Source of the DNA: Clostridiales bacterium
GTDB taxonomy: Bacteria > Bacillota > Clostridia > Christensenellales > UBA1242
Direction: 5' to 3'
DNA: 64,000 nucleotides
Assembly: GCA_015055745.1 (NCBI GenBank)
Contig: SVHS01000001.1
Span: 74,094-138,093, forward strand
The translations under genes and the position numbers were made by a program. This document shows, in pieces, positions 9,412 through 19,503 of this stretch. Below the pieces are notes generated by a model that worked only from the letters and a program-made list of their open reading frames with translations, searched no databases and was not told where the DNA came from. The first letter of the stretch is position 1; every line of letters begins with the position of its first letter.

Positions 9412-9984
9412 ACGAAGGCAACACTTTGAGTAAACCTTGCGGCATAAGGTTCGGTTGGATTTCCCAATTTTGCACTTTTCCGTTACCAGAAAAGCAGTTT
9501 CCTTTTACGCAAAACTTGCACCGAATCGCCACTGAGACCACACTATAATCCCCAAAGTGCCTCGACACGCGAACAGTCTAGAAGATTTCCTTGACAACAT
9601 TGACTAAGCTTATCTTTATTTTGCGGATAAAATTTCAAAAGCCACTCATTACTAGACTAGTACTACATCTAGATACTGAGTTCCCGCCTTATCCCGATTA
9701 GTCCACTCAAAGCAGGCTACTCTGTACACAACTTTCGTCGCATACAGGTTCTGTCCTTAGCGGTAATAGCGAATCTGATAATCCGTGTCTCACCCTCTAA
9801 GGTCTCCGCGATAATTGGGCTTATGTATGTATGCCATTACACACCACCCAAAAATCTTAACTCCCAGCACCAGCCCCAGTTTGGGCAACCAAAGCCAGCA
9901 CCAGAAACTTCATAGGTGTGCCAGCGATGCTTGTTTCAGCATCCTCGATTAGTCTAGTTGACTAGAATACTGCACCTTCGTGAT
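9412..9984 (-). ncRNA. ole: large structured ncRNA, candidate OLE (ornate large extremophilic) RNA
   Basis: ~570 nt with no credible ORF; GC clearly above flanks; own promoter; ends closed by ACGAAGG/CCUUCGU; many hairpins including an 11-bp stem with a GAAA tetraloop (9722-9747); immediately upstream of the oapA-like gene. Confidence 0.6.
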
Positions 9985-9990
9985 AATAGT

Positions 9991-10019
9991 ATATTAGCAT
10001 ACTTAAGACAAAATGTCAA
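9991..10019 (-). promoter_or_regulatory. sigma-A-type promoter of the large ncRNA
   Basis: Minus strand: TTGACA (10019-10014), 17-nt spacer, TAATAT (9996-9991); predicted TSS about 9984. Confidence 0.65.
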
Positions 10020-10153
10020 ATATAAAAAATAATTAAAAAATGTATTAAAATTGTACATTTCAGCATAATATAAATAATGTCGACAAATTTCTACAAAAAG
10101 ATAACATAATGACAAATAATTAATGAAAATTTAATACAAGAATTAATAAATGT

Positions 10154-10182
10154 TTGCTTTTTCACGTTTATTTTGTTATTAT
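10154..10182 (+). promoter_or_regulatory. promoter of the beta-helix lipoprotein gene
   Basis: TTGCTT, 17-nt spacer, TG-n-TATTAT (extended -10). Confidence 0.5.
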
Positions 10183-10216
10183 CATTACAACAAATCCAAG
10201 TGTAAGGGGGGATTAT

Positions 10217-12412
10217 ATGAAAAAATTTAAAATTGCTATTTGTGCTTTGCTAGTATTATGTAGTAGTTTTATCTTTGCTGCGTGTGGCGAAGATAAAAAG
10301 GATTTTGATGTTAGCAAGATCGTAGCAGATCAGACAAAAGAGTTTGTCTATGATAGCACAGCTAAGACTGTGTCTGTAAACTATCCTGATGTAGATTTTG
10401 AGGTGGAGTATGCACTCGAGTCAGATAAGTATAACTATATGTCAGCTAGTGAGCTAAATATGGTAGACGCAGGTACATACAAAGTTTATTACAAATTGAC
10501 TGCTGATGGGTACAATGACTACATTTCTCCAGAAGAAAAAGTCATCACTGTCAAGATTGCTCCAAAGCCTGTGACTGTAAATATATTTGACAATCTATAT
10601 TTCAAGAGTAAAGGATCACCTATCAATATTCGAGATAAAAAGACAGGAGTGGTAAATAATGATAATTTAGGTATCACATATACTGTAAAGAAAGAAAATG
10701 GTGATGAGATCAATACTGCTACTGCTCAGCTTGGTGAAGTATATGATATCATAGGTAGCTGGACAAATACAAACTATGCTGTCACATTTACACCAGCTAA
10801 ATTGAAAGTGACTGAAGCTGTCGAAGTAGTAAAAGGTAATACTACTACATATTATTCAGACTTTACTACAGCTGTATCTGAGGCATTGAGTGGCTCTATT
10901 ATCAAATTGAATGATAATGTTCGTTTGACTAGTCAGTTGACTATCGATAAATCTATCACTATTGATGGTCAAGACAAGTTTGTGATGTATGCAAGTTCAG
11001 AATATACTGATGATCAAATGATATTATTGAATAACACTAGTGCTACACTAGAGCTAAAAAATATCACTGTAGATGCAAAGAATAAAGCAAGAGTTATCAA
11101 GGCTAGTGCTGGTACTCTAAAGATAGAAGAAGGTACTACCATTACTAATGGTAAATCTAATAGTTTTGTAGGTGGTGTGTTTATTACACAAAAAGCTAAC
11201 TTCATGATGAACGGTGGCTCTATCACAGGAAACTCATATGTAGGTGCTACTGAGAATGATGAGTACTACAAGATTTACAGTACAGACTTGTGGATTGGTG
11301 CTAATGCAACAGGTACATATGCTTCTGTCAATGCAGGATACGTAGGTAATGCTTATGTAAATTCTAATGAATACAGTGCGTATGGTGCTGGTAAATTTAC
11401 AATAGAAGCTGGCGTGATAGATAATCTATATGTAGAATATGATGCTGGATTTGGTGCCAAATTTGAGTATAAGAATGGTACTGTAAATAATCTAATGGTG
11501 TCTACTACTGTATCTGGAGAATATGTGACTCTAGAAGTAGTAGAAGGTCAAGAAAAGACATACAATGGTGGTATTATCGGTACTATCACTACTGATGGTG
11601 TAGTACATGAGTTTACTAGTCCTGCGGATTTGATTGCTTATGCTACAGAGCACCCTACAGACTATAGAAAAGCATATCTAGCAGATGAGACTAATTTCAG
11701 AGCATATGCTCATCTTGTAAATGAAGTAGTATTGATCGGTGATCTTGAATTGTCTGAAATGTATACATTTACTACTAGTGCTGTCATCAATGGTCAAGAT
11801 AAATATACAATCTCAGCTAGTGATTCATTTACTGGTAATCAAATGTTCTTGGTACAAGGTACTAATCCAGAAGTGGTATTAAAAGATGTCACTTTAGATG
11901 GTAATCAAAAGACAAGAGTAATTAGAGCAGAGGCTGGTAAATTGGTAGTCGATGGTGCTACTATTACTGGAGGTATGTCTGCTTCATACATTGGTGGTGT
12001 ATATATCACATATAGTGCAAGCTTTGAGATGATAAGTGGCTCTATCACAGGAAACTCTTATGTAGGTGCTACTGAAACTGATGAGTACTACAAGATTTAC
12101 AGTACAGACTTGTGGATTGGCTCAAATGCTTCTGGTACTATGGCTGCTATCAATGGTGGTGAAGTGGGTAATATGTTTGTCAATTCAAACTCTTACAGTG
12201 CACAAAATGATCCAGATCATGTATCATTCGTGATGAACAATGGTGAAGTGGATAATGTGTATGTAGAGTATGATGAATATGGAGCTAAGTTTGTGTTTGT
12301 AGGTGGTAATATTGATAATATGTACTTGTCTACTACTACAGCTGGTACTTATGAGACTATCGACACAGTCACTGCAGGTACATATGTAGGTGGTGAAGGA
12401 GAAGTAGCTTAA
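10217..12412 (+). CDS. surface lipoprotein with MBG-like N-terminal domains and a duplicated right-handed beta-helix module
   Basis: Start chosen at MKKFKIAICALLVLCSSFIFAAC-GEDKK (lipobox) behind an AAGGGGGG RBS; two ~330-aa paralogous halves (..GQDK..ITGNSYVGATE.DEYYKIYSTDLWIG..). Confidence 0.8.
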   Translation: MKKFKIAICALLVLCSSFIFAACGEDKKDFDVSKIVADQTKEFVYDSTAKTVSVNYPDVDFEVEYALESDKYNYMSASELNMVDAGTYKVYYKLTADGYNDYISPEEKVITVKIAPKPVTVNIFDNLYFKSKGSPINIRDKKTGVVNNDNLGITYTVKKENGDEINTATAQLGEVYDIIGSWTNTNYAVTFTPAKLKVTEAVEVVKGNTTTYYSDFTTAVSEALSGSIIKLNDNVRLTSQLTIDKSITIDGQDKFVMYASSEYTDDQMILLNNTSATLELKNITVDAKNKARVIKASAGTLKIEEGTTITNGKSNSFVGGVFITQKANFMMNGGSITGNSYVGATENDEYYKIYSTDLWIGANATGTYASVNAGYVGNAYVNSNEYSAYGAGKFTIEAGVIDNLYVEYDAGFGAKFEYKNGTVNNLMVSTTVSGEYVTLEVVEGQEKTYNGGIIGTITTDGVVHEFTSPADLIAYATEHPTDYRKAYLADETNFRAYAHLVNEVVLIGDLELSEMYTFTTSAVINGQDKYTISASDSFTGNQMFLVQGTNPEVVLKDVTLDGNQKTRVIRAEAGKLVVDGATITGGMSASYIGGVYITYSASFEMISGSITGNSYVGATETDEYYKIYSTDLWIGSNASGTMAAINGGEVGNMFVNSNSYSAQNDPDHVSFVMNNGEVDNVYVEYDEYGAKFVFVGGNIDNMYLSTTTAGTYETIDTVTAGTYVGGEGEVA

Positions 12413-12446
12413 TAAAAAAACGGTGTTTGATTACACCGTTTTTTTA
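12413..12446. terminator. bidirectional intrinsic terminator
   Basis: A7-cggtgt-ttgatt-acaccg-T7 between convergent genes. Confidence 0.8.
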
Positions 12447-13190
12447 TATCAATAACAATATTAGGCTCAATATTACGAGATAAATGCTGAAGAAATAAAG
12501 TTTATTTTTCTTTACAGTCTTTAGCATAATCTTTATAGATAATATACCAAATATAAATGATGTCACCATGACTATAAATATACCTAACCAGTTTATTGTG
12601 ATTTGAGAGGAGAAAAGCTTTATGCATTCGTATACAGCACTAGCTATAATGATAGGTATGCTCATTAAGAATGAAAAGTCTAGCGCTTCTTCTTTATTTA
12701 CTCCTAACAGTAATCCACAGGCAAGTGTCGTACCACTACGAGAGATGCCGGGTAGCAATGCAAAGCCTTGAGACACTCCCATGATGAAGGCAGATTTTTT
12801 ATCCAAATATTTATTTTTCTCTTTTTTTAAGTCGGCGATGAGCAGTAGTATAGCAGAGGCCAAAAATCCCCATACAAGTGTGCTAGTATTGAAATTGTCT
12901 TCCAAAAAGTGATTGAATAATAGTACCATAATCACTGTAGGTATAGTAGCTATTATTAGATTGAGATTGGTCTTATTTTTTGGATAACGGACTAGCTCAG
13001 TGAGTCTGTTTTTATAGCAAAATATGACTGCAAAAAGCGTGCCGATGTGCGCCACTACGCTTAGCAGTAGTAGGTTGTCCAGCTCAAATAATGAGCCAAA
13101 TAAAACTATATGACCACTGCTAGATATGGGTAAAAATTCGGTCAATCCTTGAATAATTCCTATTAAAATATAGTTAAATATTGTTTTCAC
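12444..13190 (-). CDS. uppP: undecaprenyl-diphosphate phosphatase
   Basis: 248 aa polytopic; BacA signature QGLTEFLPISSSGH and PGISRSG; GTG start. Confidence 0.9.
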   Translation of the reverse strand: MKTIFNYILIGIIQGLTEFLPISSSGHIVLFGSLFELDNLLLLSVVAHIGTLFAVIFCYKNRLTELVRYPKNKTNLNLIIATIPTVIMVLLFNHFLEDNFNTSTLVWGFLASAILLLIADLKKEKNKYLDKKSAFIMGVSQGFALLPGISRSGTTLACGLLLGVNKEEALDFSFLMSIPIIIASAVYECIKLFSSQITINWLGIFIVMVTSFIFGILSIKIMLKTVKKNKLYFFSIYLVILSLILLLI

Positions 13191-13254
13191 TTGAAATTTT
13201 CTTTAAATTAGTATATTATATAAGCATAAAAATTATTACTAAAAGGAAATTTAC

Positions 13255-14349
13255 ATGAAATTAGGAGTAGTAGGCTTACCAAATGTAGGCAAAAGCACGT
13301 TGTTTAATGCTATCACAAAGGCTGGAGCAGAGTCTGCAAATTATCCATTTTGTACTATCGAGCCAAATGTTGGCGTGGTAGATGTGGCGGATAGTAGATT
13401 GGACGAACTAGCAAAATTATATAATACAAATAAAATCATTCCTGCTCAGATAGAGTTTGTAGACATTGCAGGACTAGTAAAAGGCGCTAGTGAGGGCGCA
13501 GGACTTGGAAATAAATTTTTGAGTCATATAAAAGAAGTAGATGCTATAGTTCATGTAGTGAGATGTTTTAAAAATGATAAGATTATCCACGTAGAAGGCA
13601 ATGTCGATCCTATCAGAGATATCGATACTATCAATTTAGAGCTTATCTTGGCAGACATAGACAGTGTCACTAAGAAAATAGATAAAATAAAGAAAGTAGT
13701 ACATGGTGGATCAGCTGACTTGCAGACACAGAAAGAGTATGAGCTTCTCAATAAAATCATGGATTTATTAAAACAGCAAAAGCCAGCTAGATTGCTCGAG
13801 TGTGATGCTGAAGAGAAGAAAATTGTAGACGGATTTTTCCTCATCACTACCAAGCCTATCATATATGTGGCAAATACTTCTGATGAAATAGATGATTATC
13901 AGAAACAAAATATAGAGAAGATCAAAGAAATCGCAAAAGTAGAAAATGCAGAAGTTATCTCTCTTTGTGCTAAGACTGAGGAAGAGCTAGTCAATATGCC
14001 AGCAGAGGACAGAGAGATGTTTAAGATGGAGCTAGGTATTGATTTGTCTGGATTGGACAAGTTAATCGTAGCGAGTTATCATCTTTTGGGTCTTATCAGT
14101 TATATTACTGCAGGAGAGAAAGAAGTTCGTGCATGGACTATCAAAAAAGGCACTCTTGCACCTCAGGCAGCAGGTAAAATTCACACAGACTTTGAGAGAG
14201 GCTTTATCCGAGCTGATGTAGTAAAATATGATGATTTGATTACACTTAGAGATTATAATGCATGTAGAGAAAAGGGTAAAATCATCAGTGCTGGCAAAGA
14301 TTATGTAGTGCAAGACGGAGACATTATCGTATTTAAGTTTAATGTATAG
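13255..14349 (+). CDS. ychF: redox-regulated ATPase YchF
   Basis: 364 aa; GLPNVGKSTLFNA P-loop, FVDIAGLVKGAS, C-terminal TGS-type domain. Confidence 0.95.
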   Translation: MKLGVVGLPNVGKSTLFNAITKAGAESANYPFCTIEPNVGVVDVADSRLDELAKLYNTNKIIPAQIEFVDIAGLVKGASEGAGLGNKFLSHIKEVDAIVHVVRCFKNDKIIHVEGNVDPIRDIDTINLELILADIDSVTKKIDKIKKVVHGGSADLQTQKEYELLNKIMDLLKQQKPARLLECDAEEKKIVDGFFLITTKPIIYVANTSDEIDDYQKQNIEKIKEIAKVENAEVISLCAKTEEELVNMPAEDREMFKMELGIDLSGLDKLIVASYHLLGLISYITAGEKEVRAWTIKKGTLAPQAAGKIHTDFERGFIRADVVKYDDLITLRDYNACREKGKIISAGKDYVVQDGDIIVFKFNV

Positions 14350-14355
14350 GAGTAT

Positions 14356-14913
14356 ATGAAAAAAGACAAAGACGATCTTAAGATCGGGAAGAAAATCAGA
14401 AGTATCAAGATCAACGAAAGACAGCATTTCCTATTTTTTGTCGTTATGTTGATATTGTTTAATGTTGTGCTATTTTCATCAGTGACTACGCTCCTTACAT
14501 TTGTACAAGAGTGGTATGTCTGGGTGATATGTGGTGCCATCGTTTGTGTGTGTTTTGGTTATACATTTAGAGCTTATTGTAATATCAAAAATTTTCACAA
14601 ATGTGAGCTACACGAAAATTGCATAGTATTTAGCTCTATATGGTGTGATATTACTGTAGATATGAGACAAATATATAATGCTGTACCGATAAAATCATTT
14701 TTAGATAAGCTATTCAATCTAAAGACCATGAGCTTAGAAATCTATATTAAGTCAAACAAAAGGACAAAATTTACTCTTCATTTTATCGAAGAAGATGTGA
14801 ATAATCTTAGAGATGAAATCATGGCTTTATCGATAAAAAATAGAGAAATAAATTTAAAAAATACAGAAAATAATATTGACAATAATATAAAAAATAAAAT
14901 TAATAAAAAATAA
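14356..14913 (+). CDS. membrane protein, bacterial PH-like (YdbS/YdbT-type) domain suspected
   Basis: 185 aa; two TM helices then a ~90-aa soluble domain; AGGAG RBS; K/N-rich tail. Confidence 0.5.
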   Translation: MKKDKDDLKIGKKIRSIKINERQHFLFFVVMLILFNVVLFSSVTTLLTFVQEWYVWVICGAIVCVCFGYTFRAYCNIKNFHKCELHENCIVFSSIWCDITVDMRQIYNAVPIKSFLDKLFNLKTMSLEIYIKSNKRTKFTLHFIEEDVNNLRDEIMALSIKNREINLKNTENNIDNNIKNKINKK

Positions 14914-14935
14914 TTAATTTTATTTAAATTAAAAA

Positions 14936-14969
14936 GCAAAAAAAGTGCTAAAATTCAGCACTTTTTTTA
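14936..14969. terminator. bidirectional intrinsic terminator
   Basis: aagtgct-aaaattc-agcactt hairpin with flanking A-run and T-run, between convergent genes. Confidence 0.75.
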
Positions 14970-14970
14970 A

Positions 14971-16200
14971 TTATTTTATTTTAATTAATAAATAATTTTT
15001 CTTACCTTTTTTAAATAATATTCCGTCTAATAATTGCTCTTTTTTGATAGACATAGTAGCATCTTTTATTACTTCGCCGTCCATAGATAATCCGTTTTGC
15101 TCTATCAATCTACGAGCTTCGCCTTTTGATTGTACAAACTTAGCATTTACTAGCAAATCCAATACACCGATTTCATTTTCATTCATATCAAATTCGAATG
15201 TCGGAGCATTGTCTTTATTGATACTATTGCTTGCAAATAGATTTTCACTCATATTTTGAGCTTCTATAGCATCTGCTTCACCACGGATAAATTTAGTGAT
15301 TTCGAAAGCTAAACGTTTTTTACTAGCTACGATATTTGTTTTTATCATTTCACGTACTTCTACCATAGGTATGTCTGTAAATAGGGCATACATCATCTCG
15401 ACACAAGCATCTGGAGTCTGATAGATACCTTGATAAAAGTCATATGCAGAAATTTTTTCTTTTTCTATCCAGATAGCACCTTTTTCGGTCTTGCCCATTT
15501 TCTTACCCTCTGGAGTGAGTAGTAGAGGATTGGTTGCTCCGACCATGACGCGATTTTTACCGTCTAGGAAATTCATTTTCCTGCCTAGCTCTGTGCCTGC
15601 TACGATATTTCCCCATTGGTCAGCGCCACCCCATTCGATATTACAGCCATATTCTCTATTTAAATGTAAGAAGTCATACGCTTGCATTAGCATATATCCC
15701 ATCTCAAAGAAAGTAAGTCCGCCTTCTTCCATACGCTTTGAGTAGATTTCGTTAGTAATCATTTTATTTACATTAAAATGTACACCCACATCGCGCATAA
15801 AGTTTACATAATCATATCCTTGGAACCAATCAGCATTATTGACTATTACTGCAGGATTTTCACCGTCAAAGTCTAAGAAATGGCTATATGCTTTTTTGAT
15901 GCCTTCGATATTGTGAGCGAGTTGTTCACGAGAAAGCATAGGGCGCATATCTGTCTTACCTGTAGGATCGCCGATAGCTGCAGTAGCACCGCCTACTAGT
16001 ATCAAAACTTTGTGACCAGCTTGCTGAAATCTACGCAAGATTGTGCAAGGGACACAGTGTCCGATATGCAAGCTATCTGCAGTAGGGTCTGTGCCACAGT
16101 ATACAGTAGCTTTACCTTCATTTAGTAGTTTTTTTAGAGTCTCTTCATCAGTCGTTTGGTACAATAAATTTCTATCTTTTAGTATTTCGTATAAATTCAT
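14971..16200 (-). CDS. tyrS: tyrosine--tRNA ligase
   Basis: 409 aa; HIGH motif (SLHIGH), KMSKS-type KMGKT, C-terminal S4-like domain. Confidence 0.95.
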   Translation of the reverse strand: MNLYEILKDRNLLYQTTDEETLKKLLNEGKATVYCGTDPTADSLHIGHCVPCTILRRFQQAGHKVLILVGGATAAIGDPTGKTDMRPMLSREQLAHNIEGIKKAYSHFLDFDGENPAVIVNNADWFQGYDYVNFMRDVGVHFNVNKMITNEIYSKRMEEGGLTFFEMGYMLMQAYDFLHLNREYGCNIEWGGADQWGNIVAGTELGRKMNFLDGKNRVMVGATNPLLLTPEGKKMGKTEKGAIWIEKEKISAYDFYQGIYQTPDACVEMMYALFTDIPMVEVREMIKTNIVASKKRLAFEITKFIRGEADAIEAQNMSENLFASNSINKDNAPTFEFDMNENEIGVLDLLVNAKFVQSKGEARRLIEQNGLSMDGEVIKDATMSIKKEQLLDGILFKKGKKNYLLIKIK

Positions 16201-16212
16201 TTTTATTTCCTT

Positions 16213-16986
16213 TTAATCTCTAGATTCCCATAGTCCAGATATCCATTCTTGGATTACATTGCCTTCTATGACATAGTCTTCTATTACATTGTTTGTCTGA
16301 GTGTATACAAATTTTTCTATATGAGTATTTTCTACTACTGGTTTGATGACATTATTTACTGTAGGTACTAAAGATAGTCCCACCATCATACAGTTTATAG
16401 CTATCACTATTATGCCAGCTTTGAGTACTCCTAGTACCAAGCCGAGTATTTTATTTAATCCGCCCAATATCTTGATACGCTCAATATTATCAAATAGCTT
16501 ATATAACAATGCTACTATGAGCTTCAATACAATGAAAATCAATACAGCAGTGATAATAAGCATACATATATGTCCTAGACTGGCACCTACTAAAGAGCCT
16601 ACGGTCTCCGCACTTTCCATATTTACAGCAGTGTTGCTAAATACTGCTGACACGAGCTGCTTTAAGAGGCTATTTATATCTAAGCTATTTAGAGTAGAGA
16701 GTATTTCATCTTTGCTAGCGAAAGAATTGATAGTACGTGCAAAGAATTCATTTGTGTTTTGCAAGGTATTTGAGATACTTGTACCTATTAGGTTGCTAAA
16801 ATCAAATATACCGTTTATCCATGAAGTTACATATTTTGTAGTAAATACTGCGACGGCTATACATACTATCCAACTAAATAAAGATAATATAGATTTTAAA
16901 AAGCCTTTTTTTAGTCCGATAATACCGAATATCAATACTATGACGATAATGGCGGCATCGATGATTAGGCCAATAGTAGATAACAT
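16213..16986 (-). CDS. cvpA: CvpA-family membrane protein
   Basis: N-terminal IIDAAIIVIVLIFGIIGLKKGFLKSILSL pattern; 4-5 TM; ATG at 16986 is 5 nt after AAGGAG (the track ORF starts 6 nt earlier at a GTG). Confidence 0.6.
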   Translation of the reverse strand: MLSTIGLIIDAAIIVIVLIFGIIGLKKGFLKSILSLFSWIVCIAVAVFTTKYVTSWINGIFDFSNLIGTSISNTLQNTNEFFARTINSFASKDEILSTLNSLDINSLLKQLVSAVFSNTAVNMESAETVGSLVGASLGHICMLIITAVLIFIVLKLIVALLYKLFDNIERIKILGGLNKILGLVLGVLKAGIIVIAINCMMVGLSLVPTVNNVIKPVVENTHIEKFVYTQTNNVIEDYVIEGNVIQEWISGLWESRD

Positions 16987-17194
16987 ACACACTCCTTTTG
17001 ATTTAAATATTTTAGCACAATGCTATCGATTTGTAAACTTTTTTACTTTAAAATAAATGTTAATTTATCGTATATCTCTATATATAATAGTCAAAGATTT
17101 AGATATTTAATGCAAGATTTTGAAGAAACATAGGTTATCTATCTTACAATATAACACAAATTCGTATGAAATTGGTTAGCTTTGTGCAAAATAT

Positions 17195-17223
17195 TTGCTA
17201 ATATTTTAAATTCGTGATATAAT
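17195..17223 (+). promoter_or_regulatory. ftsH promoter
   Basis: TTGCTA, 17-nt spacer, TG-a-TATAAT. Confidence 0.6.
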
Positions 17224-17242
17224 ATGATTTACTGAGGTGAAT

Positions 17243-19438
17243 ATGGATAAAAAGAAAAAACAACAACCGTGGAAGTCGATATTGATATATGGTGTGATAC
17301 TTTTAGTCGCAGTATTGTTGATATATTGGCTAGTAGCGGACAATAACAAAGGCAAAAAGATTACCTATTCTGAGTTTGAGCAGATGGTGGAGGCTGGTCA
17401 GGTCGCCGACATTGACCTATATGGTTATACCGTCCGTATTAGGAAAGTAGATGGTGTCAAAGAAGAAGCTTTCCCAAAAAGTGTAGATGCTTATTGTACA
17501 GTCATGGATTATAGAAAAGTCCATGATTTGATATCAGAATACAATGATAAATATTCTGTAAAAGATGGAGAAAACTTTACATTCGACGAAGATGGCAATA
17601 GAGTCATGATGGAAGGTCGAGTATATATCGACTATAACGAAGAGTTTGAAGGCGAGTCACTCCTTAGTAGCTTGCTTCCATACGTGAGCGTGATAGTAGT
17701 GATCGTGCTTGGTGTATTCTTGTTTAAGTCTATGTCAGGAAATAGCAAAGGCTTTGGCTTCGGTAAATCAAAGGCAAAATTGGTGGTATCTTCAAACGTT
17801 AGATTCAAAGATGTGGCTGGAGCTGAGGAAGAAAAGCAAGAGCTAAAAGAAATAGTAGAGTTTTTAAAGAACCCTACTAGATTTACAGAGTTAGGTGCTA
17901 GGATTCCTAAGGGTGTATTATTGGTAGGTCCTCCAGGTACAGGTAAGACTTTGCTTGCAAAGGCTGTAGCTGGTGAGAGTAAAGTACCTTTCTTTAGTAT
18001 CTCTGGTAGTGATTTTGTAGAATTGTATGTCGGTGTCGGTGCTAGCCGTGTGAGAGATTTGTTTGAAAATGCAAAAGCAAATTCACCATGTATAGTATTT
18101 ATAGACGAAATAGATGCCGTAGGTCGTCAGCGTGGAGCAGGTCTCGGTGGCGGAAATGACGAGCGTGAGCAGACACTAAATCAATTGTTGGTAGAGATGG
18201 ACGGCTTTGAGTCAAATAGTGGTATCATTGTGCTAGCTGCTACAAATAGAGCAGATGTATTGGACCCCGCTCTCACTCGTCCAGGACGTTTCGATAGACA
18301 GGTGTATGTACACCTTCCAGACGTAAAAGGTAGAGAAGAGATTATCAAAGTCCATGCTAAAAATAAGCCAATGAGCGACGATGTAGACTTCCAGAGGATT
18401 GCTAGACTTACTAGTGGATTAGCTGGTGCAGATATCGAAAATTTATTGAATGAAGCAGCATTGCTTACTGCTAGAGATGGCAGATACAAGATCACAATGG
18501 TGGATATCCAAGAAGGACTAAATAAAGTCTTGATGGGACCGAAAAAAGTATCTCGTGTTATCAAAGAGCAAGATAAAATTATCACAGCGATCCATGAGGC
18601 TGGTCACGCGATATTAGCGCAGGCTTTGGAAAATTGTGACAATGTACAAGAGATTTCTATTATCCCACGTGGTCATGCTGGCGGATATACCTTGACTTTT
18701 GACGAGCAAGATAGAAGTCATATGACTAAAAATAAACTTTTAGACACTATCACTATGATGTTAGGTGGTAGGACAGCGGAAGAAATCATGCTAGATGATA
18801 TCACTACTGGTGCATCAAACGATATTGAGCGTGCGACAAAAGTAGCTCGTAGAATGGTGGCTGAGTGGGGTATGAGTGATGAGATAGGCTTGATTAGCTT
18901 CGGCGAAGGCGGAGAGATTTTCGTTGGTAGAGATTATCAGAGACAAGTACCTTATGGTCAAGAGCTCGCTAGTAAAATAGATAAAGAAGTAAAAGACATC
19001 ATAGATACAGCTCACGCTACAGCTAAAAAGATCATAGAGAGCAAGCGTGATGTATTAGAAAAAGTAAGAGATATTTTGCTAGACAAAGAGACTATCTACA
19101 AAGAAGAGTTTGAGATGATTTACAATGGTGCTAGTGTGGAAGAAGTCAAGATTGCGATAGACAAAAAAGAAGAAGAAAAGCGCCAGATGCAAGAAAAGGC
19201 AAAGAAAGAGGCTATCGAAGAGCATAAAAATAGAGATATTAAGCAAAGAGTAGAGACAGCTGAGGCTTTGGCTAAGGCTGGAGTTATCTCAAAACAAGAC
19301 CTAGAAAATATCAAAAAAGAAGCAGAAAAAGAATACAACGAATTGAATAAACAATTGGCAAATGAAGAAACTAATACTGAAGTAAAAGAGAACACAGAAA
19401 ATCAAGATAAGCCACAAGACGAATCAGACAAAAAATAA
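17243..19438 (+). CDS. ftsH: ATP-dependent zinc metalloprotease FtsH
   Basis: Walker A GPPGTGKT, Walker [17 protein letters not shown] zinc site; K/E-rich C-terminal tail; ATG 5 nt after GAGG. Confidence 0.95.
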   Translation: MDKKKKQQPWKSILIYGVILLVAVLLIYWLVADNNKGKKITYSEFEQMVEAGQVADIDLYGYTVRIRKVDGVKEEAFPKSVDAYCTVMDYRKVHDLISEYNDKYSVKDGENFTFDEDGNRVMMEGRVYIDYNEEFEGESLLSSLLPYVSVIVVIVLGVFLFKSMSGNSKGFGFGKSKAKLVVSSNVRFKDVAGAEEEKQELKEIVEFLKNPTRFTELGARIPKGVLLVGPPGTGKTLLAKAVAGESKVPFFSISGSDFVELYVGVGASRVRDLFENAKANSPCIVFIDEIDAVGRQRGAGLGGGNDEREQTLNQLLVEMDGFESNSGIIVLAATNRADVLDPALTRPGRFDRQVYVHLPDVKGREEIIKVHAKNKPMSDDVDFQRIARLTSGLAGADIENLLNEAALLTARDGRYKITMVDIQEGLNKVLMGPKKVSRVIKEQDKIITAIHEAGHAILAQALENCDNVQEISIIPRGHAGGYTLTFDEQDRSHMTKNKLLDTITMMLGGRTAEEIMLDDITTGASNDIERATKVARRMVAEWGMSDEIGLISFGEGGEIFVGRDYQRQVPYGQELASKIDKEVKDIIDTAHATAKKIIESKRDVLEKVRDILLDKETIYKEEFEMIYNGASVEEVKIAIDKKEEEKRQMQEKAKKEAIEEHKNRDIKQRVETAEALAKAGVISKQDLENIKKEAEKEYNELNKQLANEETNTEVKENTENQDKPQDESDKK

Positions 19439-19503
19439 TGATTTTACTTGCAATTAATCGAAATTTAGTGTATTATAAGTACAACAACTGGTAGGAGAAA
19501 ATT

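Noticed and set aside
9409-9990. The structured non-coding region as RNase P RNA, tmRNA, an rRNA fragment or a giant riboswitch/T-box leader
   Set aside because: There is no GAGGAAAGTCC-type CR-I or other RNase P conserved blocks. There is no tRNA-like 3' end (T-arm/ACCA) or tag ORF for tmRNA, and no rRNA-like conserved stretches. At ~570 nt it is far beyond known riboswitch or T-box sizes. The OapA-like gene downstream fits OLE better. ROOL or GOLLD cannot be formally excluded without covariance models.
10154-10216. The upstream extension of the lipoprotein ORF (track start at 10154)
   Set aside because: The extension (MLFHVYFVIIITTNPSVRGDY) overlaps the predicted promoter. The ATG at 10217 has a strong AAGGGGGG RBS and begins a textbook lipoprotein signal peptide.
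11214-12120. The lipoprotein repeat pair as a diversity-generating retroelement (TR/VR)
   Set aside because: The three mismatches (A/T, G/A, A/C) are not adenine-specific, both copies are in-frame parts of one gene, and no reverse transcriptase is nearby.
16343-17056. A 237-aa ORF antisense to the cvpA-family gene, and similar long antisense ORFs at 8879-9349, 4414-4869, 37094-37564 and 39028-39468
   Set aside because: Each lies fully inside a well-supported gene on the opposite strand. They lack an RBS or promoter and have Ser/Ile/Leu-rich shadow-like composition.
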